Shown: one piece after another, positions 25,211-39,039 of the stretch | Position numbering within the stretch: position 1 is the stretch's first letter | Layout of the letters: the number at the start of each line of letters is the position of its first letter | NCBI RefSeq assembly: GCF_006345805.1 | Contig: NC_043010.1 | Span: forward strand, 29,884,001-29,948,000 | From: Octopus sinensis | Lineage: Eukaryota | DNA length: 64,000 bases | Direction: 5' to 3' | Made by a program: the position numbers and the translations under genes | Notes under the pieces: generated by a model | Told to the model about the DNA's origin: nothing | Database searches by the model: none | Seen by the model: the letters and a program-made list of their open reading frames with translations, nothing else

Positions 25211-26222
25211 AGTTCAAAAGTATATGCACATTATATATACACTTGGGTCACTCCCAGTATTCTTACCAAGCCTTACAGCTGCTTTTTCTTTTCCATCCCC
25301 TCATTCAGATAACTGGGCCCTTCCCTTAAGCCCATTGTCACACCCCACCCATAGCTACTATCGTTTTTTCAATAACACCTGTTTTATCTATCTCTTAATC
25401 TCTGCCATATTCTTACTTTTACCCCACCCTTACTTTCATATTCCTACCACTCATCCCTCTATCACTATCCTATATAGTATTCTACTGCTGTAAATAATGA
25501 AATCAGAACCTTTTACCACAAGTCATATCATATCACCACTCTCTGTTCTCCCAGTGACTCCCAGCTAATATTTTTCAATCATCCTTATCATCCTCCCCAT
25601 TCATGTTTGCCATTGATCACCCTCATTCCTGATCACTACTCCCTACATTCATCACTTCTAACCACCTCCACTCCATGCATGATCCATCTCTCACTCTCCC
25701 TCATACACTTGCTATTTTACCCACCCCTGTTGATTCTCCAGTCTCCACACTCTCTTGTATTCGCCTTCTTGGATATGTTACCTTGAGGGTATTTCCTGGA
25801 CTCTTATCACCTCTGTATTTAGTTCACTCTGTGACACCATTTTAACTAACCTCATCCACCCATGTAAAATGCAAAGTAACCATAAATTTCCTCCTCAACA
25901 AACGTATCAACCCCTCAAGTCAACCACTGTATCTCCTATTCTCCTTTTCAAGTAAAGGTTAGGGTCTTTAATCTTATGAATTACAAGGCAACCTTACTAG
26001 TGATGGTAGAAAAAAGAAAAGTAACTCCGTACATTCTGTAAAATGATTAAAGAAACCTGGAGCAATATGTGCTCCTGTACCCTGTTAGATTTTGTTTAAG
26101 TGTCCAACCAGTATGGAAAGCAAACATAAAAGTTCTAATGATGGTTATGATGATAATGGTATATACATTTAGATCTGTTAAACTGAGTGTTTATTATTAT
26201 TATTATTATTACTATTATATAT

Positions 26223-26386
26223 GCGCAGGAGTGGCTGTCTGGTAAGTAGCTTGCTAACCAACCACATGGCTCCGGGTTCAGTCCCACTGTGTGGCATCTT
26301 GGGCAAGTGTCTTCTGCTATAGCCCCGGGCCGACCAATGCCTTGTGAGTGGATTTGGTAGACAGAAACTGAAAGAAGCCTGTCGTA

Positions 26387-26435
<49 letters not shown>

Positions 26436-26650
26436 TTGTGTGTCTGTGTTTGTCCCCCTAGCATTGCTTGACAACCGATGCTGGTGTGTTTACGTCCCTG
26501 TCACTTAGCGGTTCAGCAAAAGAGACCGATAGAATAAGTACTGGGCTTACAAAAATAAGTCCTGGGGTCGATTTGCTCGACTAAAGGCGGTGCTCCAGCA
26601 TGGCTGCAGTCAAATGACTGAAACAAGTAAAAGAGTAAAAGAGTAAAGAG
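26223..26650 (+). mobile_element. Full-length family C SINE
   Basis: Head, core, internal (TA)n(TG)n, tail ending in (TAAAAGAG)n. Confidence 0.9.
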
Positions 26651-26960
26651 TATAGGTGGTGCTATTAAGTTAGACATGGCCTGGGCCAATAATGGCCGAA
26701 ACCTATCAAAGTATCAAAGTATCAAAGTATATATATATATATATATATAATATAATAATTGATTGCATTCCCAATCAATTGCTTCCAGTTGTCTGATACT
26801 CAGGCCTTCCTTTTTTTACCTTATACCTCAGCCATGAAGACTTTGTCTGGAACATTTGGGACTTTACTTTGGATGGTATTTTTCTTTAACTTTTATATAT
26901 ACATAGGGACAGGTGTAGCTGTGTAGACAAATATTGGCATAATGAATTCTCCCTAAAGAC

Positions 26961-26992
<32 letters not shown>

Positions 26993-27404
26993 GCACACAC
27001 ACACATGCACAAACACACACGTGCACAAACACACACACACACACACACTTTATCTTTTATTTCTTTCAGTCACAAGACTGTGGCCATGATCAAGTAATAC
27101 CTTGAAGGATTTAGTCAAACGAATGAATCTCAGTGCTTGTTTTTGAATATGATACTTATTCTATCAGTCTCTTTCACTGAATGATAAATTACAGAGACAA
27201 ACAAACCAATCCTGGTTGTCAAGTGGGGGTAGTACGACAAATACAGACACAAAGACATATGTATTTATATATCTATCTGTCTATTTCTCTCTCACTCACT
27301 TTCTCTTTTGATACATATATATATATATATACACACACACACATACACACGTGTGTGTGTGTGAGACAAACATCCTCACAGTTTCCTTCTATCGAATTCA
27401 CTCC

Positions 27405-28880
27405 TCACAAGCAGGGCCATCTACATGTTTTTTGCTAGATTAACTCTAAGGCCCTTTGATTCTAGACCTTACTTCCACTCCTGAAACTTCTCCTCTAGTT
27501 CTAATAGTGACTCAGCTATTAAAGCAAGGTCATCAGCATGGAGAAGCTCCCAGGAGAATCCTGTCTTGAATCTCTCTGTTATTGCCTAAAGAACTATGAT
27601 AAATAAGAGGGGGCTGAGGACTGATCCTTGGTGGACCCCTACCCCTACCTGGAATTCTTCACTATACTCATTGCCAACCCTCACATTACCAATAACATCC
27701 CTGTACATGGCTTGTACGGCTCTCACTAACCATTCATCTATCCTTAGTTTCTGCATTGACCACCAGATAAGGGATCGGGGGACCCTGTGAAAGGTTTTCT
27801 CCACCTCAACAAAAAGCCTGGTACAGAGGTTTATCTTTGGCTAGGCATTTCTCCTGCAGCTGTCTTACCAGAAATATAGCAGCAGTGGTGCTTCTCTCTG
27901 GCACAAACCCAAACTGCATCTCGTCTAAACTAACTCTCTCCCTAATTAGTTGGGCTATGATCCTCTTCATGACTTTCATCCCCTGATCCAACAAATTGAT
28001 AACTGCTGTAATTATTTCTATTTAATGCATCACCTTTACCTGTGTAGCAGTTGACTATGATACTGCTACACCACTCATTGGGTATGACTCCTTCATGTAT
28101 CACCTGATTGACTATACAAGTTACTATAGCCTACACTGCCAGATATTTTGAGCATCTCTTCAGTGATTCCTGATGGGCTGGAGGCTTTTCCTGTCTTCAT
28201 ACCCTTAATTGCTTTATCTACCAAGGTACTGTCAATTCAGATAGCTGGTCCCTCTGTTGGGTTGACATTCAGCAGACTCTCTTTCTCCCATTCATTCTCT
28301 TCATTTAGCAACCTTTCATAGTGGCATCTCCAAGTCTCTTTTGCAGCCTCGTTTAATGCAGGTGAACCATCATCCATGCAGACATATTTCTCTTCCATGA
28401 TATCACGATTCTCTCTCACACACTGTCTTGCAACACAAAACACTTCAAGTCTTTTGTCCTTACAACGCAGAACTTTGTCAAATTTTTTCTTATCTGCTTC
28501 CCCTCTGGCTAAGTAAATCTGTCTCCTAGCTTCCCTTCTGGCAATCTGATACAGTCCCTTGCTACCACCACACTTCCAGTCCTTCCATGCCTGTTTCTTT
28601 CCCCTAATGACCCTGTCAACTACATCGTTCCACCACCACGTTACTTTAGGTCGAGAGGGGAATTTGCACCATCCATAGATCTGGTCAGTAGCCCTCAACA
28701 GTTTGTCCCATAGGAGCCTCCAGTTATCTTCCGCATTATGTGTTGCTGTTTCTTCCTCTTTTTTATCAAAAGCTCCAAGTAATACATCTCTAAATCTCTC
28801 TCCATTCACAGAATCTTTAAGCTTCCAGACCCTTCTTTTCCATGCTGGTCATCTTCTGGGCATTCATTTAACCCTGATAA
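27405..28880 (-). mobile_element. RTE-clade LINE fragment (inter-domain region plus RT), pseudogenised
   Basis: EKTFHRVPR..LRIDEWLVRAVQAMY..VGVHQGSVLSPLLFIIVL; DEMQFGF; several frameshifts. Confidence 0.9.
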
Positions 28881-29404
28881 TCAAATAAATAATAACATAT
28901 GTAACGAGCTAACAATTAATCCATCATATGTTATTAATCATTTGATTATAATACACAAAGGAGATTCACGACTTGTTAGACACCCTAGAGCATACCATCG
29001 ACGTACTATTCAAAGTAACACGTGATTTGGACCAGCCCCTAGGGTTGGTTTTCTCTGTGTACACAACTAGAATAGCCTATTTGATACTTACCAACAATAG
29101 GCCAGAACCACAGGTTTATCCAACCTTACCTGGTGCATATCTTTTCAAGTACCTGATTCTATCTGAATCTTTATTTTACTATGTATATTATGTATGTATG
29201 TATGTATGTATGTATGTATGTATGTATGTATGTATGTATGTATGTATGCATGTATGTATGCATGTATGTATGTATGTATGCATGTATGGGCTAAAAAGTC
29301 ACATTCGATCACAGCACCAGTAACAGTTAAGCTTCGTGTAATGGCCATACTTGATAACGAGGGGGCAGCCATAATATGTATGTATGTATGTATGTATGTA
29401 TCTA

Positions 29405-29720
29405 GTGAAGGCACGTGGCTTACTGGTTAGGGTATGGTTCATGATCTCAAAGTCATGAGTTCAATTCCCTATGGCACATTGTGTCCTTGAGCAAGACACT
29501 TTATTTCATGTTGTTCCAGTCCACTCAGTCAGCAACAATGAGTAGCACTTGTATTTCAAAGGGCCAGCTTTGTCACACTCTGTGTCACACTGAATCTCCC
29601 TAAGAACTACATTAAGGGCACACGTGTCTGTGGAGTGCTCAGCAACATGAACGTTAATTTCATGAGCTGGCTGTTCCATTGATCAGATCAACTAGAATCC
29701 TTGTCATCATAACCGACAGT
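29405..29720 (+). mobile_element. SINE, third family
   Basis: Homologous to 3455-3712; sits in (TATG)n. Confidence 0.8.
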
Positions 29721-29728
29721 GAGCCAGT

Positions 29729-29760
<32 letters not shown>

Positions 29761-29798
29761 TGTATGTATGTATGTATGTATGTATGTATGTATGTCTG

Positions 29799-29853
<55 letters not shown>

Positions 29854-29860
29854 GTATGTA

Positions 29861-29894
<34 letters not shown>

Positions 29895-29899
<5 letters not shown>

Positions 29900-30182
29900 A
29901 GGCGCAATGGCCCAGTAGTTTGGGCAGCGGACTCGCGGTCGTAGGATCGCGGTTTCGATTCCCGGACCGGGTGTTGTGAGTGTTTATTGAGCGAAAACAT
30001 CTAAAAGCTCCACGAGGCTCCAGCAGGGGGTGGTGATCCCTGCTGTACTCTTTCACCACTCTTTCTTCGGTTGGCCTGCTCGCTTAGCCAGCGGGGTGGC
30101 GTCAATTGAAGGCTAAAACAATGTGAAAGCATTGTGACCAGCGATGTGTAACTACATCTGATGGACTGGTCGGTCACGTGAT

Positions 30183-30190
<8 letters not shown>
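29895..30190 (+). mobile_element. tRNA-derived SINE, family K, tail type a
   Basis: GGAGGCGCAATGGCCCAGT A box, GTTTCGATTCC B box; ends CACGTGATCACGTGAT. Confidence 0.85.
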
Positions 30191-30224
<34 letters not shown>

Positions 30225-30510
30225 TCACACACACCATATATTTATAGGCATTTCACTGAGTGAAATGACACTATTATCTAACAAAAGCTGATTTATTTAA
30301 AACAATCACCTGAGGAGATGAATCTTACATCTTGTATTAGAAACAATGACTACACCTGTTAATTTTATCATCTCACCAATGTACTACAAATGTAAAATTA
30401 TGACTAACTGTAGAGATATTAAATAAAGAATGTCATTCAATACATTTTCTATTATTTATCTACTGATACTATGGAATTCCTTATGTATATCAAGTAGCTA
30501 GAACGTTTCT

Positions 30511-31292
30511 TGTTTCTTTACTGCCTACAAGGGGCTACACACAGAGGGGACAAACAAGTACAGACAAATGGATTAAGTCGATAATATCGACCCCAGTGCG
30601 TAACTGGTACTTATTTAATCGACCCCGAAAGGATGAAAGGCAAAGTCGACCTCGGCGGAGTTTGAACTCAAAATGTAGCGGTAGACAAAATATCTATTTC
30701 ATTACTACCCACAAGGGGTTAAACACAGAGAAGACAAACAAGGACAGACAAACGGATTAAGTTGATAATATCGACCCCAGTGTGTAACTGGTACTTATTT
30801 AATCGACCCCGAAAGGATGAAAGGCAAAGTCGACCTCGGCGGAGTTTGAACTCAAAATGTAGCGGTAGACAAAATATCTATTTCATTACTACCCACAAGG
30901 GGTTAAACACAGAGAAGACAAACAAGGACAGACAAACGGATTAAGTTGATAATATCGACCCCAGTGTGTAACTGGTACTTATTTAATCGACCCTGAAAGG
31001 ATGAAAGGCAAAGTCGACCTCGGCGGAATTTGAACTCAAAATGTAGTGACAGACAAAATATCTATTTCTTTACTACCCACAAGGGGCTAAACACAGAGAG
31101 GACAAACAAGGACAGACAAATGGATTAAGTTGATTATATTGACCCCAGTGTGTAACTGGTACTTATTTAATCGACCCCGAAAGGACGAAAGGCAAAATCG
31201 ACCTTGGCGGAATTTGAACTCAGAACGTAGTGGCCGACGAAATACTGCTAAGCATTTCACCTGGTGTGCTAACGATTCTGCCAGCTCGCCAC
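30511..31292 (-). repeat. Tandem array of four family M SINE units, period 184 bp
   Basis: ACAAGGGG anchors at 30527, 30711, 30895 and 31079; only one unit retains the tRNA 5' head. Confidence 0.9.
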
Positions 31293-31898
31293 TTTCGGAT
31301 CATGTCGTTCGCAAGAAGAGACTCAATAGATCACAGTGTGGTAGCTGCTCTACTAAACACATCACTCCGAATGGTAGCTAGAATGTTTCTGCTATATGAT
31401 GACACCAGGTAGCCTATAACAGTGGACAGGCTTTGCATAGTGTTCTACAAAGTTTTTGCCCAAATCTTAGTTAACGCATATATATATACAATTCTTGTAT
31501 CTCTCTGCTTTTCTTTACACAAACTGGGAAGATATATTGCAGAACTGTTATTTTAATGAGTTATATCTACTTATCACCCAAAGGGACACATCTGCACTGC
31601 TGGATGCTCCTGAACCAGCTGTTAAGTATCCCACCCACGAGGGATCGATGCTAAATGGGTCGAAACAATTGTAGTGATTAATAAAAATTCTTTTATGTTT
31701 CATCTTCTGTCTCTCATTAATCATTGTGAAAGTGATCGAGCTTCACCAGTAATCTACCAGGTATAATCCATTCATTTTATTATCTAATATATATCAGTCT
31801 CTTTTGCTGATCTACTAAGTTACATACCAACACTGGTTGCCAAGCAGTGGTGATGGACAAACACAGATCGAAAGACACACACTCACACATACACATAT

Positions 31899-33060
31899 TA
31901 GGGTGGAGCGAAAAAGGTACTTTTTATGCAGATTTTTTAATATGTTTTCAAGAATATATTTTCTATTGTGAAATCCTTCAAAAACAACTATTAAAATCCG
32001 AAATTCTTAAATTTACATCTTCAGGCTTTGGAGCCCACTTGAAATTTTGAACGAGCAAAAAAATCAATTTATAACAAGCTTGCCATTCCTCATTTTATTT
32101 TTTACATTCATTGTTACGAATTAATTTTCTTTTGTGAAATCCTTTAAAAACAAGGGTTTTAAAATTTCAAACTCTAAAATTTATATCTTCAGGCTCCGCA
32201 ATGCACTTGAAATTTTGAAATTATGTGAAATAAATAGACTTTGTTTTCTATATTATTTTTAATACTAGGTCACCAAATATGTGTGTTACTTGAGGTCTAG
32301 ATTACATACACATTAAAATAAATTAAACAGATTATCAAGATTGTAGCTGAAAAGATAATTCTTCTTTGGTAAAAAGCATCCATCCCCTGTGTTACGATTG
32401 AGTCAGATAAACTGAAAATCTTAAACTTTCCTTTGCTGATGTAGAAGAGCAACTGTGATCTGGCTGATTCTTTCTAATCAACCTCTGAATGTTCTGTTTA
32501 GATACTGCTTGATCTATTCCACCAATGATCATTTTGTGATTTGTCCATTGATCCTGTAAAAAATCTTGTTCTCTGTATGGTACTTCTCTGTCTCTACTAC
32601 AACTTCAGTTTTTAAAGGAGTTGCACTTGCAACAGGAAATGTCAAATAAATCTTTTGTTGCATTGTTTTTAAACACATTACACTTTGAAACAATGGTACA
32701 CTTTTTCTATTTTTCACAAAGTGTGTTTGTTCCTTGTCGAGCCACGACTGGCTCATAAGGGCCGGTTTCCCGGTTTCGTTGGCGTATAGGTTCCCCACCT
32801 GGACGGGACGCCGGTCCGTCGCAGGTGAGCTGCAAGATGCAGGAAGAAAGAATGAGAAAAAGTTGTAGCAAAAGAGTCAGCAGAAGTTCACCACTACCTT
32901 CTGCCGGATCCGTGTGGAGCTTAGGTGTTTCACTCATAAACACACACATCACCCGGCCTGAGATTCGAACCCGTGATCCCTTGACCGCAAGTCCGCTGCT
33001 CTAACCACTAGGCCATGTGCCTCCACAACAAAGTGTGTAGAGTGTGGTCATCTCAAAAAG
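31899..33060 (-). mobile_element. hAT-family (hATm-like) transposon remnant, interrupted by a SINE
   Basis: TAGGGTG terminus at about 31899. Hand translation KDLFDISCCKCNSFKN*SCSRDREVPYREQDFLQDQWTNHKMIIGGIDQAVSKQNIQRLIRK (about 32480-32665). Family assignment is from memory of this motif. Confidence 0.55.
32727..33027 (-). mobile_element. Family K SINE, tail type b, with 11-bp TSD
   Basis: TSD ACAAAGTGTGT at 32716-32726 and 33028-33038; CpG-rich, so likely young. Confidence 0.92.
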
Positions 33061-33432
33061 AAGACCAGGCTTCACCAGCACAGGATCTCCCTGATTGTGT
33101 TGAGGAAAATGATAACTTTTTGAAAATAGTGATAAGAAGTGACAATTTATGGGTCTTTGGCTATGTCCCAGAGACTAAAGATTGAAAGGAATCCCACTTG
33201 AAAGTAACAAGATTTCAAGACATCAAGGAAATCCAAGATAATGCAATGAGGCAGCTGTTCAATATCCCAAAAAAGAAGTTCCAGGAATGCTTCCATCAAT
33301 GGAAATGATGCTGGGAAAAGTGCATGGCTTGAGAAGAGAATTACTTCAAAGGTGATTAAATGTGGAATTGATATGGGCTGTAATTTTCTTTTTATAGCAT
33401 CAGTCTTGATACTTTTTTAATCAGACCTCATA
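33060..33432 (+). mobile_element. Internally deleted mariner remnant
   Basis: NFLKIVIRSDNLWVFGYVPETK is joined directly to RFQDIKEIQDNAMRQLFNIPKKKFQECFHQWK*CWEKC..YFKGD. The 3' TIR ends CAGACCTCA-TA. Confidence 0.85.
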
Positions 33433-33925
33433 CATGTGTATACACAGTTGTACATGCATGTACATATGTGTAAATGTGTATACAAGTGTGTACATCTGTG
33501 TGAAGGTTTGTACATGCATATACATGTTTGTATATGTGTACATTCATGTACATGTGCACAGTTGTCTGTACAGCTGTCTGTGCTTATGTAAACGACATAC
33601 ATGCAGCAGATATTGTTGGACATTTCCTGAACCAACACCTTTCTGTAGATCAGTTTTTTTTCATCTACCATTCCCCCGACCTCCATCGTCAACACAACAA
33701 CAACACTATCATATCATCCCATGATGCTAAGTAACATTGATGCAACCAGCAGACATTTGTGTATTTAAGTCCGCAACATTCATTGCCAACTATTACAGGC
33801 AACATGCCAAACTAGTAATAGCTGTGTCCATTCTATTTTCTTGCAGTAACTATCAGATGTTTATAATTAGTTATTAGCTGAACAACAACAACAGCAACAT
33901 ATATACTTATTTATATAGTTATTAT

Positions 33926-34268
33926 AGGTGCAGGAGTGGCTGTGTGCTAAGTAGTCCCACTGCGTGGCATCTTGGGCAAGTGTCTTCTACTATAGCCCCG
34001 GGCCAACCAATGCTTTGTGAATGGATTTGGTAGACGGAAACTGAAAGAAGCCTGTCGTATATGTTTGTGTATCTGTGTTTATCCTGCCAACGTTGCTTGA
34101 CAACAATGCTGGTGTGTTTACGTCCCTGTCACTTAGCGGTTCGGCAAGAGTGACCGATAGAATAAGTACTGGGCTTGCAAAGAATAAGTCTTGGGGTCGA
34201 TTTGCTCAACTAAAGGCAGTGCTCCAGCATGGCCACAGTCAAATGACTGAAACAAGTAAAAGAGAGTA
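33926..34268 (+). mobile_element. Family C SINE with head deletion
   Basis: Homologous to 26223-26650. Confidence 0.85.
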
Positions 34269-35572
34269 AAAGCTGAATATATATAAGGTTCCTGACTTTA
34301 AGTAAAAAGAAATACAAGAGGATCACTTAATTATAATTTCCTGCAACATATCCCTCTCATATTCACACACTTATTACAGCAGTCCTTCAGTTTTTTCTAA
34401 AGGAATTTTGTACGTTGGGCCTCCAACAGGGCCTTTTGCAATACCCTTGAAGCCAGGAACTTTCCAGCATCTCACTGTGTGTGTATGTTTTTGTGTGTGT
34501 ATGTGTGTGTGTGTGTGTGTGTGGTTTAACAATAGTTTAAAAGGAACAATTCATTTTCAACTGTTTTGACTACATTTTGGTAAGAGAGACTAAAGCGTTC
34601 TCTAAAACAGTCACCACACCTTGGCTAAATAAGATAGCATAACAGCTGCTCACACAGCTACTGGACACAACCAAAAGGCTAAAACAGCCCTAAATTCTCC
34701 TCTCATAGTCATTGTTCTTAGTGTCATATGACATTTTGCTCCAAGACAAGTGCTTTGGCAGTACCTTTTTGCATGCTGTCACATGACCTTAGCATAAAAA
34801 CTTCCCTTACCTTTCCATGTGACTATCCTCAACCAATCAATCTGTATGAACCACTTTCTCTCTATAAAAACAAATGATTTTTAAAACAGCTACCAGAAAA
34901 GATAAAGCTCCACATAAAATACATTTTTGGAAATCAAATGTGAAACCGGTTAGTTGTTTGTGTGTGTGTGTGTGTGTGTATGTGTCATATCTGAATACAT
35001 ATTAAAATTTAAATAACTCTTCATGTATTCTCTGTGCATTTTCAAGTAGATTTATTTCTTCTGCACTATTACTTGTTTGAATTAGTAATGATTTATATAT
35101 ACATATATGTTAGGCTTCTTTCAGTTTCCAGCTACAAAATCCACATACGAGGCCTTTGTTGGGCTGAGACTATAGTAAAAGACACTTGCCTAAGGTGCCA
35201 TCAAATGGGACTGAACCTGAGGAAGCAAACTTTTTAATGAAATATCCATGCCTGAAGCTATACAGTCTATAATTGAAAATTCTTAATCATTAATTTTAAA
35301 AAGTGATAATTATTCATATTCTTGGGATTCATTTTTGTTATGAATGCCATTTTTAAGAGTAATAGTTGACTTTATCTTTTTGCTGGTGGTCAAGTTACCA
35401 CAATTTCTGCTATGCTGTGATATTCTGTGAGATAACACTATAGTTTATGCTTAGAAAATATTTATATAGTCTTTTTGTTTTTTGCCAGAGGATACAGCAT
35501 GGCCCCTTAGTGTAATTGGTTGCACAACTGCTTCAAATGCAATAGATATAATGTTTAAGTCCTGGGTTAGTG

Positions 35573-35644
<72 letters not shown>

Positions 35645-35864
35645 ATATATATATCATATAATTTATACAAAAGATTGAAAATAGCACAGCTCATAGAAAT
35701 GTTTGACAGCAATTACAAGAACTTGTGTTATTCTCCTAGAAATAACACAAATATACAAGCTTAAATAAAAAGTTAAATAAAAACCAAGATAAATTTGATA
35801 TAAACAAATAATGATGATGATGATGATGATGATGCTGCTGCTGCTGATGATGATAATGATGATG

Positions 35865-35912
<48 letters not shown>

Positions 35913-36830
35913 GTATCTGGTAACATCTCAGATGGAAAATTTCATGTGGAAAATTTTTGGTGAGGATTAACATCAAGAGAGGAATATTTCAAGGAGATAG
36001 CCTATCACTATTGCTGTTTCTGATTTCTATGACACCCCTCACACAGATACTACAGAAAGTGAGATCAGGGTATACCTTGAAAAGTGGAGGAAAATTAAAT
36101 CATCTGTTATATATGGATGACTTAAAGATCTTTGGGAAGACCGAATGTGAAACAAATGGCCTAGTTTCAACAGTGCAGATATTCAGTAAAAATATCGGAA
36201 TGGAATTTGGGACTAAAATTTGTGGTATGCTTATAATACGAAAAGGCAAAATAGTGTTGTCTGATGGTGTAGAACTACCCATCAGTGAGAAAATCAAGTA
36301 TATTGAGTATTTTGGAATGTGACAAAACCAAGGAAAGTGAAATGAAGGAAAGTTTTAAGTGAGAATATCTTAGAAGAGCCAAATTAATTACGGGAAGTAG
36401 TTTCAAAGAAAAAAACAAGATCAGGGCAATGAGCACATGGGCTGTTTCCTTAATGCAATATGGTGCAGATTGTTAGGTGGACAAAAACTGAGCTTCAGGA
36501 AATGGACAGGGAAACCAGAAAAGTGATGACAATTGACAAGGAACTATACCCCAAAATTGATACTGACAGACTCTATGTGTCGAGGAACAGGGAAGGAAGA
36601 GGTCTCATAGAATGCAAGATTTGTGTTGTCAATGAAAAGAACAGTCTGAGATGGTTCATCAAACAACAGAATGGATCCATTGTTTGAGTTAGCAATTCAA
36701 TGTCTACCAAAAATGTGATGCACTCACAAACATTTAAGAAACATGATGAAGAAGAAAGAATAAACAATTGGAAAATGAAATCACTGCATGGGCAATACCT
36801 CAGAGAAATCAAAGGGGAAGACGAGACCAA
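35913..36830 (+). mobile_element. R4/Dong-like non-LTR retroelement RT fragment
   Basis: INIKRGIFQGDSLSLLLF..LNHLLYMDDLKIF..IGMEFG; RLYVSRNREGRGL; SLHGQY. Abuts a (TAA)n run. Confidence 0.85.
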
Positions 36831-38995
36831 CTCTAACCCCCTCCTGGCTGACACGGAGATAGGTAGATCTCGCATCCAGTGAAGAGGGGCATGAAAGACT
36901 GCAGTTTGGAAAGACTGGTTTCACTAATGGCTGCTACATCTACACTAAGGGACCTCAGGTCGTTTAAAAGGTAACCTTGTTTCCAAGGCAACCCAAGGTC
37001 CCTGACATTTATACAACCAATTTTGAGCATGATCATGTTAAAAATAACAAATATTTAAGATGGAGATGAGCTCTACTTACCATTGTTGATTGGTGGGTTG
37101 CCCCCCCCCCCCTTATTTCTTGGTGCGGGTGTTTCCATGAGTAAATTTTTATATAGTCTTTCTAAAAAGGCTTTCTGAAATGACCCAGCAGCTTCAGGAA
37201 AGTTTTTTAGTGTGTTGTACGTGTGCTATGTAATTTTTAGAATTTGTATGTGTGGTGGTGGTGCATTGTGTTGTGAAGACAAAGTCTTCCATTTTGGTGT
37301 TTGTGTTGTTCCTTAAGTGTGTAACGATATGTATATTGTCTGTGTTTATGGCTGTGAGGTTGGTAGTGCTTGTGGAGTCTGTGTTGTAATTTGTGTTGGT
37401 TTTTGAGGTGGTGGTGCCTGTGAAAGTGGTTTGTTGTTGCTGGTTGTTGTGTGTGTGTATTGCTGCTGTTGGGAAGTTCAGCTTGTTTGTACCTCCCCTT
37501 TATTTTCTAATAGTTCTTAGTTCTTTTCTTTCTCTTTCTTGGGGGCACTGTGTGCCACTCCCCAATCTTGACCTCAGTATTTGAGCAGTCTGAGTTGTTT
37601 GGGTTGGGAAAGGGAATGTTTTGTAGATCCTGGACTAGTGGGGGTTCATTTGTTGCTGGTACTGCTGTTGCTATTGGTGGTGGTGACAGTCCCCTGGTTT
37701 TTGGTGTTGAAGCCTCAGTGATGGCTGGAGGCATCATTGCTGGTGATGGTGGGGGTGATAGCGCCAGTGCTGCCCTTGGTGCATCGACCGCTGGTGCCTG
37801 CTGCTGCTGCACCTGTTGTTGCTATTGCTGTTGCTGCACTGGAGGTGGCACTGACACTGGTGTTGGTAGTAGCACTGGCTGTTCCTCCCCTATCTTTCTG
37901 GGACAAGAGACCTTGAGGTAGTTCTTATCACCACAAAGATAACACCTCGGCCTCCTGTCCTCTATGGCCATGTGTAGTTTTGTGCCATCTGGCAGACTGA
38001 TTGAGTCAGGGATAAGCTCTATGCTCTCTTGTTCCACATGGATTAAGAGCTCCATCTCCTGACTTGACAAATTTTGTTGGTGCAACATGTGCACCCCCTA
38101 CACCCAGTATTGTGGCGGTGTCTTCTATGTCTAGAAGGACTGCTGCCACCAGCCAGCCAGCATATATTTATTTCTGGTAGCACCACCTCAATTTCTATTT
38201 TTGTTACGCACTGATCAAGGTATATAGGCACGAGTAAAATGTCTTGACCTTTTAGTGACACTGTGGAATGGTGTCTTGTTTCTTGCTCCATTGCAAAATG
38301 TGCCTCCACAGTGCTGAAACGTTTTCCTCCTGTTACATACGTTTTTACGTTCCATACTGTCATAAGTAGGAGTTCAAATTGCTCTTATATTGCTTGTTCT
38401 ATTCTTTTTTGTGTGTTTACTCATTTGTAAATTAGTGTTTTTTGTCTCTAATTATATCATTTGGTGTATTTATCACTACATTGTTTCCATTTTTTATTAT
38501 TAGGCCTTTTGAGGCTTTAATTTCTTCCATTGTGACATGTGACTTTTCTTTAATTTGCCTCGCTGCCAAGATTTCAGCTTGTTGCTGTTGTTGTTCATAT
38601 TTGTAATGGTGGTGGCAGTGTCAGTGTCATTCTTTCTCTCCTGCTTTCTTTCTTCTTTCCTCTCTTCCCCCTTCTCCTGTGCAGGAACAACAGTGGTGGT
38701 GAGGGCAGGGAAGTCTTCATTGAACTGGCTGTTCAACCTGCATCTCTCACTCCCCCTCTCAGTCACCATTGTTGTTTGTTTACGAAAATTTTTCAAAGAA
38801 GTTTTTTTGTAAAAAAGTGTGTATTTAGCCCCCAAAAGGGGACTTTTTCCAACAAAAATAGCTCCCTGGCAGGACAACTTCCCCAGAAACTGAATTCAAT
38901 AACAAAAACTGGAGTTCAATAAACTCTTCACAACAAAATGACAAGCACGAATTACTACTCATGGAGCTCAAAAAGACACATCTTGACATGCTGAC
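36825..38995 (-). mobile_element. Tx1/L1-like LINE, 5' half (ORF1 plus start of APE endonuclease)
   Basis: ORF1 pieces with zinc knuckle CYLCGDKNYLKVSC, Pro/Thr-rich linker, then LKIGCINVRDL...DVAAISET. Confidence 0.8.
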
Positions 38996-39039
38996 AAAAA
39001 CAACAACAATAATAATAATAATAGTAATAACAATAATAA

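Noticed and set aside
26680-26710. GGCCA-ATAA-TGGCC-GAAAC hairpin
   Set aside because: The CUGANGA is reduced to CTG and there is no clear cut site; at most an HHR remnant.
30511-31292. CRISPR-like regular array
   Set aside because: Units are whole 184-bp SINE bodies without unique spacers; the context is eukaryotic and no cas genes are present.
31630-31680. GAAAC AATT GTA motif as a functional ribozyme
   Set aside because: The 5' core is damaged (CCACGA); counted only as a remnant.
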